Part shown: positions 11,521-25,700 of the stretch, piece by piece
Layout of the letters: each line of letters starts with the position of its first letter
Numbering within the stretch: position 1 is the first letter of the stretch
NCBI GenBank assembly: GCA_030390025.1
Contig: JASTWF010000034.1
Span: 372,001-436,000 of the forward strand
DNA length: 64,000 nt
Direction of reading: 5' to 3'
Origin: Squalus acanthias
Lineage: Eukaryota
Notes under the pieces: generated by a model
What the model was told of the DNA's origin: nothing
The model's database searches: none
The model's input: only the letters and a program-made list of their open reading frames with translations
Translations under genes and position numbers: made by a program

Positions 11521-13067
11521 TTGAATGTTGTGAGCGTTCCTGCCTCTACCACCCTTTAAGGAAGTGAGCTCCAGATTTCAACCACCCTCTGGGTGAAAAG
11601 GTTTTTCCTCAAATCCCCTCTAAACCTCCTGCCCCTTAGCTTGAAACTATGCCCCCTGGTTATTGACCCCTCTACGAAGGGAAGAATTTCCTTTTTATCC
11701 ACCCTAGCTATGCCCCTCATAATTTTGTACACCTCAATCAGTTGCCCCCTCAGCCTTCTCTGCTCTAAGGAAAACAACCCCATCCTGTCCAATCTCTCTT
11801 CATAACTGAAACGCTCCAGCCCAGGTAACATCCTGGTGAATCTCCTCTGCACCCTCTCTAATGCAATCACATCCTTCCTATAGTGTGGTGACCAGAACTG
11901 CATACATTATTCCAGCTGTGGCCTAACCAGCCTTTTGTACAGCTCCATCATAACCTCCCTCCTCTTATATACTATGCCTCGGCTAATGAAGGCAAGTATC
12001 CAATATGCCTTTTTAACCACCTTATCTGCCTGTCCTGCTGCCTTCAGGGATCTATGTACATGCACGCCAAGGTCCCTCTGATCCTCTGTCCTTCCTAGGG
12101 TCCTACCATTCATTGTTTATTCCCTTGCCTTGTTTGTCCTCCCAAAATGCATCACCTCACACTTTTCAGGGTTAAATTCCATTTGCCACTGTTCTGCCCA
12201 TCTAACCATCCCGCCTGTATCGTCCTGTAGTCTGAGGCTTCCCTCCTGGCTATTTACCACTCCACCAATTTTCGTGTCATCTGCGAACTTACATTCATAT
12301 CTAAATCATTAATGTACAGTACAAACAGCAAAGGACCCAGCACCATTCCCTGCGGTACACCACTGGACACTGGCTTCCATTCACAAAAACTACCTTCGAC
12401 CACCACCATCTGCCTCCTGCCACTAAGCCAATTTTTAATCAAATGTGCCAACTTGCCCTGGATCCCATGGCCTCTTACCTTCTTGATCAGTCTCCCATGT
12501 GAGACTTTATCAAAAGCCTTACTGAAGACCATGTGGACGACATCAACTGCACTATCCTCATCCACACACCTAATCACCCGCTCAAAAAATCAATCAAATT
12601 GGTTAGATATGATCTCCCCCTGACAAAGCCATGCTGACTATCTCTGATTAATTCTTGCCTCTCCAAGTGGAGACTAATTCTGTCCCTCAGAATTTTTTCC
12701 AATAATTTCCCTATCACTGATGTTAGGCTCACTGGCCTGTAATTCCCTGGTTTATCCCTACTGCCCTTCTTGAACAATGGTACTACGTTAGCTGTTCTCC
12801 AGTCCTCTGGCACCTCCCCTGTGGTCTGAGAGGTTCTGAAAATTTGAGTCCGAGCCCCTGCAGTCTCCTCCCTTGCCTCACACAGCAGCCTGGGACACAT
12901 CCCGTCAGGGCCTGAGGATTTATCTCACTTTTAAGCCCACTAAAACCGTTAGTACCTCCTCCCTCTCAATACTAATTTGTTCAAGTATACCACAATACCC
13001 CTGCCTGATTTCTATGCCTCCATCGTCCTTCTCCATAGTGAACACAGATGCAAAATTTTAATTTCAG
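11521..13067 (-). mobile_element. CR1 LINE ORF2 fragment, frameshifted
   Basis: [53 protein letters not shown]. Confidence 0.93.
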
Positions 13068-14508
13068 ATCTTTACTCTGTACCAAACATTGTCTGAACCA
13101 GCCCTGGGATTTTTTGATGGGACAGTGCAGAGAGTTTTTCTCTGTATCTAACCCCTGCTGTACCTGTCCTGAGAGTGTTTGATGTTACATTGTGGAGGGA
13201 GGTTCACTCTGTATCTACCCTGTGCTTTACCTGCCCTGGGTGAGTTTGATGGGACAGTTTAAACGGAGCTTTAATCTGTATTGAATACATGCTGCACCTG
13301 CTTTGGGAGTGTTTGATGGGCCTGTGTTGATGTAACTTTACTTTGTGTCTAACTCGTGTTGTGCCTGTCTTGGAAGGGTCTGATGGGACACTGTAGAGGC
13401 AGCTTTAGTCTGTATCTAACACATGCTGTACCTGCTCTGGGAGAGTTTGATGGGATAATGTCGAGGGAGCTTTACTCTGTTGCTAACCACTGCTGTACAT
13501 GACCTTTAAATGTTGGATGGGACATTGTAGAGGTAGCTTTACTCTGTATCTAACCCATGCTGTTCCTGCCCTGGGATAGTTTGATGAGATAGTTTAGAGG
13601 GAGCTTTACTCTGTATCTAACACATGCTGTACCTGCCCTGGGAGTGTTTGATGGGACAGTGCAGAGGGAGCTTTACTCTGTATCTAACCTACGCTGTACC
13701 TACCCTGGGAGTGTTTGATGGGACAGTGTAGTGAGAGTTTTACTCTTTACCAATCATTGTTTGAACCTGCCCTGGGAGTGTTGGATGGGACAATGTACAG
13801 GGAAATTTACTCTGTATCTAACCAGTGCTGTATCCAACCAGTGCTGTACCTGCCCTGGCCGGGTTTGATGGGACAGTGTAGAGGGAGCTCTAAACTATAT
13901 CAAACGTGGTCTGAACCTGCCAGGGGAGTGTTTGATGGGACAATGCAGAGATGAACTTTACTCTGTATCTAACATGTGCTGTACCTGCCCTGTGAGAGTT
14001 TAATGGGACAGTGTAGAGGGAACTTTACTCTGTGTCAAACATATTCTGAACCTCCTGTGGGAGTGTTTGATGAGGCAGTGTAGAGTGAGATTTACTCTGT
14101 TTCTAACCTGTGTGAAAATGCCCTAGGTGGGTTTGATGGGACATTGAAGCGGGCGCTTAACTCTGTAGCTAAATCGTGTTGTGCCTGTCCTGGGAGAGTT
14201 TGAGGGGAAAGTCTAGAGTCAGCTTTACCAGTATCAAACATGGTCTCAACCTGTGCTGGGAGTGTTTCATGGGACAGTGAAGAGGGAACTTGACTGTGCA
14301 TCTAACCCGTATATATACGTGTCCTGGGAGCGATTTGATGGAATAGTGTAGAGGGAGCTTTACTCTGTATCTAAACCGTGCTGTACCTGTCCTGGGAGTG
14401 TTCGATTTGACAGTGTAGAGGGATCTTTGCTCTGTATCTAACCCGTGTTGTGCATGTCCTGGACAGGTTTGATGGAACAGTGTAGAGGAAGCTTTACTCT
14501 GTATCAAA

Positions 14509-15150
14509 CGGTATGTTGGCGTTCATCGCAAGAGGATTTTAGTACAGGAGCAAGAATGTCTTACTACAGTTATACAGGGCCTTGGTGAGACCACACCTGG
14601 TGTACTGTGTGCTGTTTTGTCTCCCTACCTAAGAAAGGATATACTTGCCATAGATGGAGTGCAGCGAAGGTTCACCAGACTGATTCCTTGGGATGACAGG
14701 ACTGTCGTTTCAGGATAGGTTGGGACGACTAGGCCTCTATTCACTAGAGATTAGAGAAGGAATGGGCATCTGATTGAAAGGTATAAAATTCTGACTGTGC
14801 TAGACAGACTGGATGCAGGGAGGATGTTTCCCCTGGCTGGGGTGTCTCGAAGGAGAGGTCACAGTCTCAGGATACGGGGTAGGACATTTAGGACTGAGAT
14901 GAGGAGAAATATCTTCACTCAGAGGGTGGTGAACCTGTGGAATTCTCTGCCACAGTGGCTGTGGTGTCCAAATCACTGAATATATTTAAGAAGGAGATAG
15001 ATAGATTTCTAGACACAAAAGGCATCAAGGGGTATGGGGAGAGACGGGGAATTTGGTACTGAGATAGAGGAGCAGCCATGATCATGTTGAATGGCGGAGC
15101 AGGCTCGAAAGGCCGAATGGCCGACTCCTGCTCCTATTTTTCTATGTTTC
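14509..15150 (+). mobile_element. 5'-truncated CR1 LINE with 3' tail
   Basis: GMLAFIARG..ALVRPHL..FTQRVVNLWNSLP, tail GGCCGAATGGCCGACTCCTGCTCCTA..TATGTT. TCAAAC occurs at both junctions (possible TSD or microhomology). Confidence 0.9.
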
Positions 15151-16077
15151 AAACATCGACTGAACCTGCCCTGAGGTCCTTTTATGGGACAGTGTAGAGG
15201 GAGCTTTACTCTGTATCTAACCCGTGCTGCACCTGCCCTGGGAGTGTATGGCGGGACAGTTTAGAGGGAACTTTACTCTGTCAAACATGTTCTGAACATG
15301 CCCTGGGAGTGTTTGATGGGACAGTGCAGAGTGAGAATTACTTTGTATCTAACCTGTGCTGAAACTGCCCTGGGTGTGTTCGATGGGACATGGTAGAGGG
15401 ATCTATGCTCTGTATCTAATCCTTGCTGTACTTGCCCTGCGAGTGTTTGATGGGATAGTGTAGAGGGAGCTTTACTCTGTATCTTACCCATGCTGTACCT
15501 GCCCTGGGAGTGTTTGATGGGACAGTGTAGAGGGAGCCTTATTCTGTTTCTAATCCTTGCTGTACTTGCCCTGGGAGTGTTTCATGGGACAGTGCAGAGA
15601 GCGCTTTACTCTGTATCTAATCAGTGCTGTACCTGCCCTGGGAGTGTTTGATGGGACAGTGTTGATGCAGCTTTATTCTGTGTCTAACTCGTAGTCTGCC
15701 TGTCCTGGACGGGTTTGAAGGGACAGTGCAGGGGGAGCTCTACCCTGTATCAAACATGGTCTGAACTAACCATGGAAGTGTTTGATGGGACCGTGCAGAG
15801 ATGAGCTTTACTCTGTATCTAACCCGTGCTGTACCTGCCCTGTGAGAGTTTGTTGGGCCAGTGCAGATATGAGCTTTACTCTGTATCTAACCCGTGCTGT
15901 AACTGCCCTGTGAGTGTTTGATGGGACAGTGTAGAGGGACTCTATATCTAAACTTTGCTGAAACTGCCCTGGGAGTGTTTGATGGGACAGTGCTGAGGGA
16001 GATTTACACTGTGTCTAAGTCGTGTTGTGCCTGCCCTGGTAGAGTTTGATGGGGCTGTGTTGGGTAGATTTACTCTG

Positions 16078-16708
16078 CCTCTGACGTATTCTGCCCAATT
16101 GGTTTGTGCCGGTGTTTATTCCCCACACAAGCCTCCTCTCACCCATCTTCATCTAATTCTATTAGCATAACCTTATATTCCTTTCTCCCTCATGTGTTTA
16201 TCTAGCTTCTCCTTAAATGCATCTGTATTATCCGCCTCCACTACTCCCTGTGGTAGCGAGTTCCACATTCTCACCTCTCTTTGGGTGAAGAATTTCTCCT
16301 GAATTCTCCATTGGATTTATTAGTGACTATCTTATATTGATGATCTCCAGTTTTGGACTCCCACAAGTGGACACATTTTCTCCACGACCACCCTTTATAA
16401 CCTTCTCATAATCTTAAAGACCTCTATCCGGTCATCCATCAGCATTCTCTTTCTTCAAGAGAAAAGAGACCCAGCCTGTTCAGCCTTTCCTGATAAGTAT
16501 ATCCTCTCAGTTCGAGGATCATCCTTACAAATCTCCTTCTCCAGTGCCTCTATATTAAGAACATAAGAAATAAGAGCAGGAGTAGGCCATTGGGCCCCTC
16601 GTAATAATATGGAGACCAGAGCTTTTCACAGTACTCCAAGTATGATCTAACCCAGGGTCAGTACAAGTTTAACATAACCTCCCTGCTTTGCAATTCTATC
16701 CCTCTGGA
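16078..16708 (-). mobile_element. Degraded CR1 3' fragment with a short nested CR1 tail at about 16556-16602
   Basis: Homologous to 1690-2520; the nested piece is AGAACATAAGAAATAAGAGCAGGAGTAGGCCATT. Confidence 0.8.
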
Positions 16709-19700
16709 AATACCCCACGCCCCTCACTGTAACACTTTGTGATATACTCCATTTCCCTCGCTGTAACACTCTGATATACCCGACACCCCTCAATGTAACA
16801 CACTGATATAACCCCAGACGCCTGACTGTAACACTCTGTTATACACCACACCCCTCACTGTAACACTCTGATATGCCCAACACCGGTCATTGCATTACTC
16901 TGACGTACCCCACACCCGTAACTGTAGCACTCTGATGCAAACCCACTCCCCTGACTACAGCACTCTGATATACCCCACACATGCCTTCGTGTAACACACC
17001 GATATACCCCACACCCCTTACGGTAACACCCTGATATACCCCTTAATTTAATCCTCTCTTACATATTTCAAACCTCTCACTGTAAGAGACCGATATACCC
17101 CACTCACCTCACTTTAACACTCTGATATACACCACACCCCTCGCTGTAACAATTTGATGTACCCCACACCCTTCACTGCAATAGTCTGATGTACCCCACA
17201 CCCATCACTCTAATCTGATATACCCAACACCCCTCACTATAACACTCTGATATAAACCACACCCCTCACTGTAACACTCTGATATACCCCACACTCCTGA
17301 TTATAACACTCTCTTACATACCCCAAGGAAGGCAAATGGTATGCTGGCCTTCATTACAAGAGGATTTGAGTACAGGAGTAAACAGGTCTTAATCCCTTGA
17401 TATCGGACCTTGGTGAGACCGCACCTGGAGTACTGTTAACAATTTTGGTTTCCTTACCTTATTAAATAAATATTTGCCATAGAGGGAGTGCAACGAAGGT
17501 TCACGAGATTGATTCCTGGGAAGGCGGGACTGTTGTATGAGATGAGATTGAGTAAACTAGGCCTGTATTCTCTTCAATTCAGAGGAATGAGTGGGGATCT
17601 CATTGAAGCATTAAAAATTATTACAGGGCTTGATAGGTTGGATGCTAGGAGAATGTTTCCCTTGGCTGGGGAGTCTAGAACCAGGGGCCACAGCCTCATG
17701 ATAAAGGGTAGACCATTCAGGACTGAGATGAGATGCATAGAAACATAGAAGATAGGAGCATGACTCGGCCATTCGGCCCCTCGAGCCTGCTCCGCCATTT
17801 AATGCGATCATGGCTGATCATCCAAATTCAGTACCCGGTCCCTGCTTTCTCCCCATATCCCCTGATCCCCTTAGCCTTAAGAAATATATGTAACTCTAAT
17901 AAAGACATTTCTTCACACAGAGGGTGGTGAATGTTTGGAATTCTGTACCCCAGAGGGCTGTGGAGGCTCAGTCATTGAATATATCCAAAACAGAAGTGTA
18001 TAGATTTCTGACTAGTAAGGGCATCAAGGTATATCGAGATAAGGCCGGTGAATGGAATTGAGGCAGAAAATCAGCCATGATCTCATTGAATGGCGAAGCA
18101 GGCTCAAGGGGCCGAATGGTCTACTCCTGCTCCTATTTCTTACATTCTTATGTTCTTAAACCTCTCACTGTAACACACCGTTTTACCCCAGGCCCGTCAC
18201 TGTAACACTCTCTGATATACTCCACACCCCTCACTGTAACACTCTCTGATATACTCCACACCCATCAATGTAACACTCTCTGATATACTCCATACCCCTC
18301 GCTGTAACACTCTGATATACTCCACACCCCTCACTGCAAAACTCTGATATAACCCACACCCCTCACTGTAACACTCTCTGATATAAACCCACACCCCTCA
18401 ATGTAACACTCTCTGATATACTCCATACCCCTCGCTGTAACACTCTGATATACTCCATACCCCTAACTGTAACACTCTCTGATATACTCCATGCCCCTCA
18501 CTGTAACACTCTGATATACCCGACACCCCTCACTGTAACACTCTCTGATATACTCCACACCCCGCACTGTAACACTCTGATATACCCGACACCCCTCACT
18601 GTAACACTCTGATATACTCCACACCCCTCACTGTAACTCTCTGATATACTCCATACTCCTCACTGTAACACACCGTTTTACCCTAGGCCCCTCACTGTAA
18701 CACTCTCTGATATACCCAACACCCCTCACTGTAACACTCTGATATACTCCATACCTCTCACTGTAACACGCTGATATACCCAACACCCCTCACTGTAACA
18801 CTCTGATATACTCCATATCCCTCACTGTAACACTCTGATATACCCAACACCCCTCACTGTAACAATCTGATATACTCCATACCCCTCACTGTAACACTCT
18901 GATATAGTCCATACCCTTCACTGTAATACTCTCTGATATACTCCATACCCCTCGATATAGCACTCTGATATAATCCATACCCCTCACTGTAACACTCTCT
19001 GATATACCCAACACCCCTCACTGTAACACTCTGATATACTCCATACCTCTCACTGTAACACGCTGATATACCCAACACCCCTCACTGTAACACTCTGATA
19101 TACTCCATATCCCTCACTGTAACACTCTGATATACCCAACACCCCTCACTGTAACACTCTGATATACTCCATACCCCTCACTGTAACACTCTGATATAGT
19201 CCATACCCTTCACTGTAACACTCACTGATATACTCCATACCCCTCACTGTACTACTCTGATATACCCAACACCCCTCACTGTAACACTCTGATATACTCC
19301 ATACCCCTCACTGTAACACTCTCTGATATACTCCATATCGCTCGCTTTAACACTCTGATATACTCCATACCCCTCACTGTAACACTCTCTGATATACCCG
19401 ACAATCTTCACTGTAACACTCACTGATATACTCCATACCCCTCACTGTAACACTCTCTGATATACTCCATACCCCTCACTGTAACACTCTCTGATATACT
19501 CCATACCCCTCACTGTAACACTCTGATAAACCCGACACCCCTCACTGTAACACTCTCTGATATACTCCATACCCCTCAGTGTAACACTCTCGTATACCCG
19601 ACACCCCTTACTGTAACACTCTGATATACTCCATACCCCTCACTGTATCACTCTGCTATACCCAACACCCCTCACTGTAACACTCTGATATACTCCATAC

Positions 19701-22700
19701 CCCTCACTGCAACACTCTCTGATATACTCCACACCCCTCACTGTAACACGCTCTGATACACTCCATACCCCTCACTGTAACACTCTGATATACCCCACAC
19801 CCCTCACTGTAACACTCTCTGATATACTCCATATCCCTCACTGTAACACTCTGATATACCCAACACCCCTCACTGTAACACTCTGATATACTCCATACCC
19901 CTCCCTGTAACACTCTGATATAGTCCATACCCTTCACTGTAACACTCACTGATATACTCCATACACCTCACTGTACTACTCTGATATACCCAACACCCCT
20001 CACTGTAACACTCTGATATACTCCATACCCCTCACTGTAACACTCTCTGATATACTCCATATCGCTCGCTATAACACTCTGATATACTCCATACCCCTCA
20101 CTGTAACACTCTCTGATATACCCGACAATCTTCACTGTAACACTCACTGATATACTCCATACCCCTCACTGTAACACTCTCTGATATACTCCATACCCCT
20201 CACTGTAACACTCTCTGATATACTCCATACCCCTCCCTGTAACACTCTGATAAACCCGACACCCCTCACTGTAACACTCTCTGATATACTCCATACCCCT
20301 CAGTGTAACACTCTCGTATACCCGACACCCCTCACTGTAACACTCTGATATACTCCATACCCCTCACTGTATCACTCTGCTATACCCAACACCCCTCACT
20401 GTAACACTCTGATATACTCCATACCCCTCACTGCAACACTCTCTGATATACTCCACACCCCTCACTGTAACACGCTCTGAAACACTCCATACCCCTCACT
20501 GTAACACTCTGATATACTCCACACCCCTCACTGTAACAGTTTGATATACTCCATACCCCTCACTGTAAAACACTCATATAAACCCACACACCTCAATGCA
20601 AAACACTCACATAAACCCACACCCCTCGCTGTAACACTCTCTGATATACTCCATACCCCTCACTGTAACACTCTCCGATATACTCCATACCTCTCACTGT
20701 AGCACTCTCTGATATACTCCATACCCCTCACTGTAACACTCTCTGATATACTCCATACCCCTCACTGTAACACTGTGTTAATTAACGCAACACCGCTCAT
20801 TGTATTACTCTGATGTACCCCACACCCCTCACTGTAGATCTTTGATGTAAACGCACTGCCCTGACTACAACACTCTGATATACCCCACACACTCTCACTG
20901 TAAATATCGATATACCCCACACCACTCACTGTAACACTCTGATATAAACCCACGCCCCTGACTATAACAGTATGATATACCACACACCCCTCAATGTAAC
21001 ACGCTGATGTACCCCAAACACCTCACTACAACAGGCTGATAAACCCCACACCCCTCACTGTGACACTCGGATATACGACACATGACTCACTGTAACTCTC
21101 TGATATACCCCAGACACCTCACTGTAACTCTCTGATGTACCCCACACCCCTCAATGTAACACTCGGATATTCACCACACACCTCACTACAATACGCTGAT
21201 AAACCCCACACCCCTCACTGTAACACGCTGATAAACCCCTCAATGTAATTGTCTCTTACATACTGATATACCCCACACCCCTCACTGTAACTCTCCGATA
21301 AACCCCACGCCCCTCACTGTAACACTGATATACCCCACACCCCTCACTGTAACTCTCTGATAAACCCCTCGCCCCTCACTGTAACACACTGATAAACCCC
21401 ACACCCCTTACTGTAACACTCTGATACACCCCTCAATGTAATTCTCTCTTACATACTGATACACCTCCCACCACTCACTGTAACACGCTGATAAACCCCA
21501 CACCATTCATTGTAACACTCTGATACACCCCACACCCCACATTGTAACACTCTGATACAACCCACAATCCTCATTGTAACACTCTGATAAACCCCACACC
21601 CCTCATTGTAACACTCTGATACACCCCACACCCCTCATTGTAACACTCTGATATACCCCACACCCCTCATTGTAACACTCTGATACACCACACACACCTC
21701 ACTGTAACTCTCTGATAAACCCCACACCACTCATTGTAACACTCTGATACACCCCTCAATGTAATTATCTTACATACTGATATACCACACACCCCTCACT
21801 GTAACACTCTGATACACCCCACACCCCTCATTGTAACACTCTGATAAACCCCACACCCCTCACTGTAACACTCTGATAAACCCCACACCCCTCACTGTAA
21901 CTCTCTGATACACCCCTCAATGTAATTCTCTCTTACATACTGATATACCCCACGCACCTCACTGTAACACTGATATACCCCACACCCCTCACTGTAACAC
22001 ACTGATATACCCCACACCCCTCACTGTAACACTGATATACCCCACACCCCTCACTGTAACACTGATATACCCCACACCCCTCACTGTAACACTGATATAC
22101 TCCACACCCCTCACTGTAACACTGATATACCACAGACCCCTCACTGTAACCCCGATATACCCCACACCCCTCACTGTAACACTGATATACCACAGACCCC
22201 TCACTGTAACACTGATATACCCCACACCCCTCACTGTAACACTGATATACCGCACACCCCTCACTGTAACACACTGATATACTCCACACCCCTCACTGTA
22301 ACACTGATATACTCCACACCCCTCACTGTAACACTGATATACCCCACACCCCTCATTGTAACACTGATATACCCCACACCCCTCACTGTAACACTGATAT
22401 ACTCCACACCCCTCACTGTAACACTGATATACTCCACACCCCTCACTGTAACACTGATATACCCCACACCCCTCACTGTAACACTGATATACCCCACACC
22501 CCTCACTGTAACACTGATATACCCCACACCCCTCACTGTAACACTGATATACCCCACACCCCTCACTGTAACACTGATATACCCCACACCCCTCACTGTA
22601 ACACTGATATACCCCACACCCCTCACTGTAACACTGATATACCCCACACCCCTCACTGTAACACTGATATACCCCACACCCCTCACTGTAACACTGATAT

Positions 22701-25700
22701 ACCTCACACCCCTCACTGTAACACTGATATACCCCACACCCCTCACTGTAACACTGATATACCCCACACCCCTCACTGTAACACTGATATACCCCACACC
22801 CCTCACTGTAACACTGATATACCCCACACCCCTCACTGTAACACTGATATACCTCACACCCCTCACTGTAACACTGATATACCCCACACCCCTCACTGTA
22901 ACACTGATATATCCCACACCCCTCACTGTAACACTGATATACCCCACACCCCTCACTGTAACACTGATATACCCCACACCCCTCACTGTAACACTGATAT
23001 AACTCACACCCCTCACTGTAACACTCTGATATACTCCATATCCCTCACTGTAACACTCTGATATACCCAACACCCCTCACTGTAACACTCTGATATACTC
23101 CATACCCCTCACTGTAACACTCTGATATAGTCCATACCCTTCACTGTAACACTCACTGATATACTCCATACCCCTCACTGTACTACTCTGATATACCCAA
23201 CACCCCTCACTGTAACACTCTGATATACTCCATACCCCTCACTGTAACACTCTCTGATATACTCCATATCGCTCGCTTTAACACTCTGATATACTCCATA
23301 CCCCTCACTGTAACACTCTCTGATATACCCGACAATCTTCACTGTAACACTCACTGATATACTCCATACCCCTCACTGTAACACTCTCTGATATACTCCA
23401 TACCCCTCACTGTAACACTCTCTGATATACTCCATACCCCTCACTGTAACACTCTGATAAACCCGACACCCCTCACTGTAACACTCTCTGATATACTCCA
23501 TACCCCTCAGTGTAACACTCTCGTATACCCGACACCCCTTACTGTAACACTCTGATATACTCCATACCCCTCACTGTATCACTCTGCTATACCCAACACC
23601 CCTCACTGTAACACTCTGATATACTCCATACCCCTCACTGCAACACTCTCTGATATACTCCACACCCCTCACTGTAACACGCTCTGATACACTCCATACC
23701 CCTCACTGTAACACTCTGATATACCCCACACCCCTCACTGTAACACTCTCTGATATACTCCATATCCCTCACTGTAACACTCTGATATACCCAACACCCC
23801 TCACTGTAACACTCTGATATACTCCATACCCCTCCCTGTAACACTCTGATATAGTCCATACCCTTCACTGTAACACTCACTGATATACTCCATACACCTC
23901 ACTGTACTACTATGATATACCCAACACCCCTCACTGTAACACTCTGATATACTCCATACCCCTCACTGTAACACTCTCTGATATACTCCATATCGCTCGC
24001 TATAACACTCTGATATACTCCATACCCCTCACTGTAACACTCTCTGATATACCCGACAATCTTCACTGTAACACTCACTGATATACTCCATACCCCTCAC
24101 TGTAACACTCTCTGATATACTCCATACCCCTCACTGTAACACTCTCTGATATACTCCATACCCCTCCCTGTAACACTCTGATAAACCCGACACCCCTCAC
24201 TGTAACACTCTCTGATATACTCCATACCCCTCAGTGTAACACTCTCGTATACCCGACACCCCTCACTGTAACACTCTGATATACTCCATACCCCTCACTG
24301 TATCACTCTGCTATACCCAACACCCCTCACTGTAACACTCTGATATACTCCATACCCCTCACTGCAACACTCTCTGATATACTCCACACCCCTCACTGTA
24401 ACACGCTCTGAAACACTCCATACCCCTCACTGTAACACTCTGATATACTCCACACCCCTCACTGTAACAGTTTGATATACTCCATACCCCTCACTGTAAA
24501 ACACTCATATAAACCCACACACCTCAATGCAAAACACTCACATAAACCCACACCCCTCGCTGTAACACTCTCTGATATACTCCATACCCCTCACTGTAAC
24601 ACTCTCCGATATACTCCATACCTCTCACTGTAGCACTCTCTGATATACTCCATACCCCTCACTGTAACACTCTCTGATATACTCCATACCCCTCACTGTA
24701 ACACTGTGTTAATTAACGCAACACCGCTCATTGTATTACTCTGATGTACCCCACACCCCTCACTGTAGATCTTTGATGTAAACGCACTGCCCTGACTACA
24801 ACACTCTGATATACCCCACACACTCTCACTGTAAATATCGATATACCCCACACCACTCACTGTAACACTCTGATATAAACCCACGCCCCTGACTATAACA
24901 GTATGATATACCACACACCCCTCAATGTAACACGCTGATGTACCCCAAACACCTCACTACAACAGGCTGATAAACCCCACACCCCTCACTGTGACACTCG
25001 GATATACGACACATGACTCACTGTAACTCTCTGATATACCCCAGACACCTCACTGTAACTCTCTGATGTACCCCACACCCCTCAATGTAACACTCGGATA
25101 TTCACCACACACCTCACTACAATACGCTGATAAACCCCACACCCCTCACTGTAACACGCTGATAAACCCCTCAATGTAATTGTCTCTTACATACTGATAT
25201 ACCCCACACCCCTCACTGTAACTCTCCGATAAACCCCACGCCCCTCACTGTAACACTGATATACCCCACACCCCTCACTGTAACTCTCTGATAAACCCCT
25301 CGCCCCTCACTGTAACACACTGATAAACCCCACACCCCTTACTGTAACACTCTGATACACCCCTCAATGTAATTCTCTCTTACATACTGATACACCTCCC
25401 ACCACTCACTGTAACACGCTGATAAACCCCACACCATTCATTGTAACACTCTGATACACCCCACACCCCACATTGTAACACTCTGATACAACCCACAATC
25501 CTCATTGTAACACTCTGATAAACCCCACACCCCTCATTGTAACACTCTGATACACCCCACACCCCTCATTGTAACACTCTGATATACCCCACACCCCTCA
25601 TTGTAACACTCTGATACACCACACACACCTCACTGTAACTCTCTGATAAACCCCACACCACTCATTGTAACACTCTGATACACCCCTCAATGTAATTATC

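Larger units (their letters stand above)
9780..16077. repeat. 67-bp tandem repeat array broken by three CR1 pieces (segments about 9780-10395, 11100-11520, 13068-14508, 15150-16077)
   Basis: Repeated GAGCTTTACTCTGTATCTAACCCGTGCTGTACCTGCCCTGGGAGTGTTTGATGGGACAGTGTA units. Confidence 0.93.
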
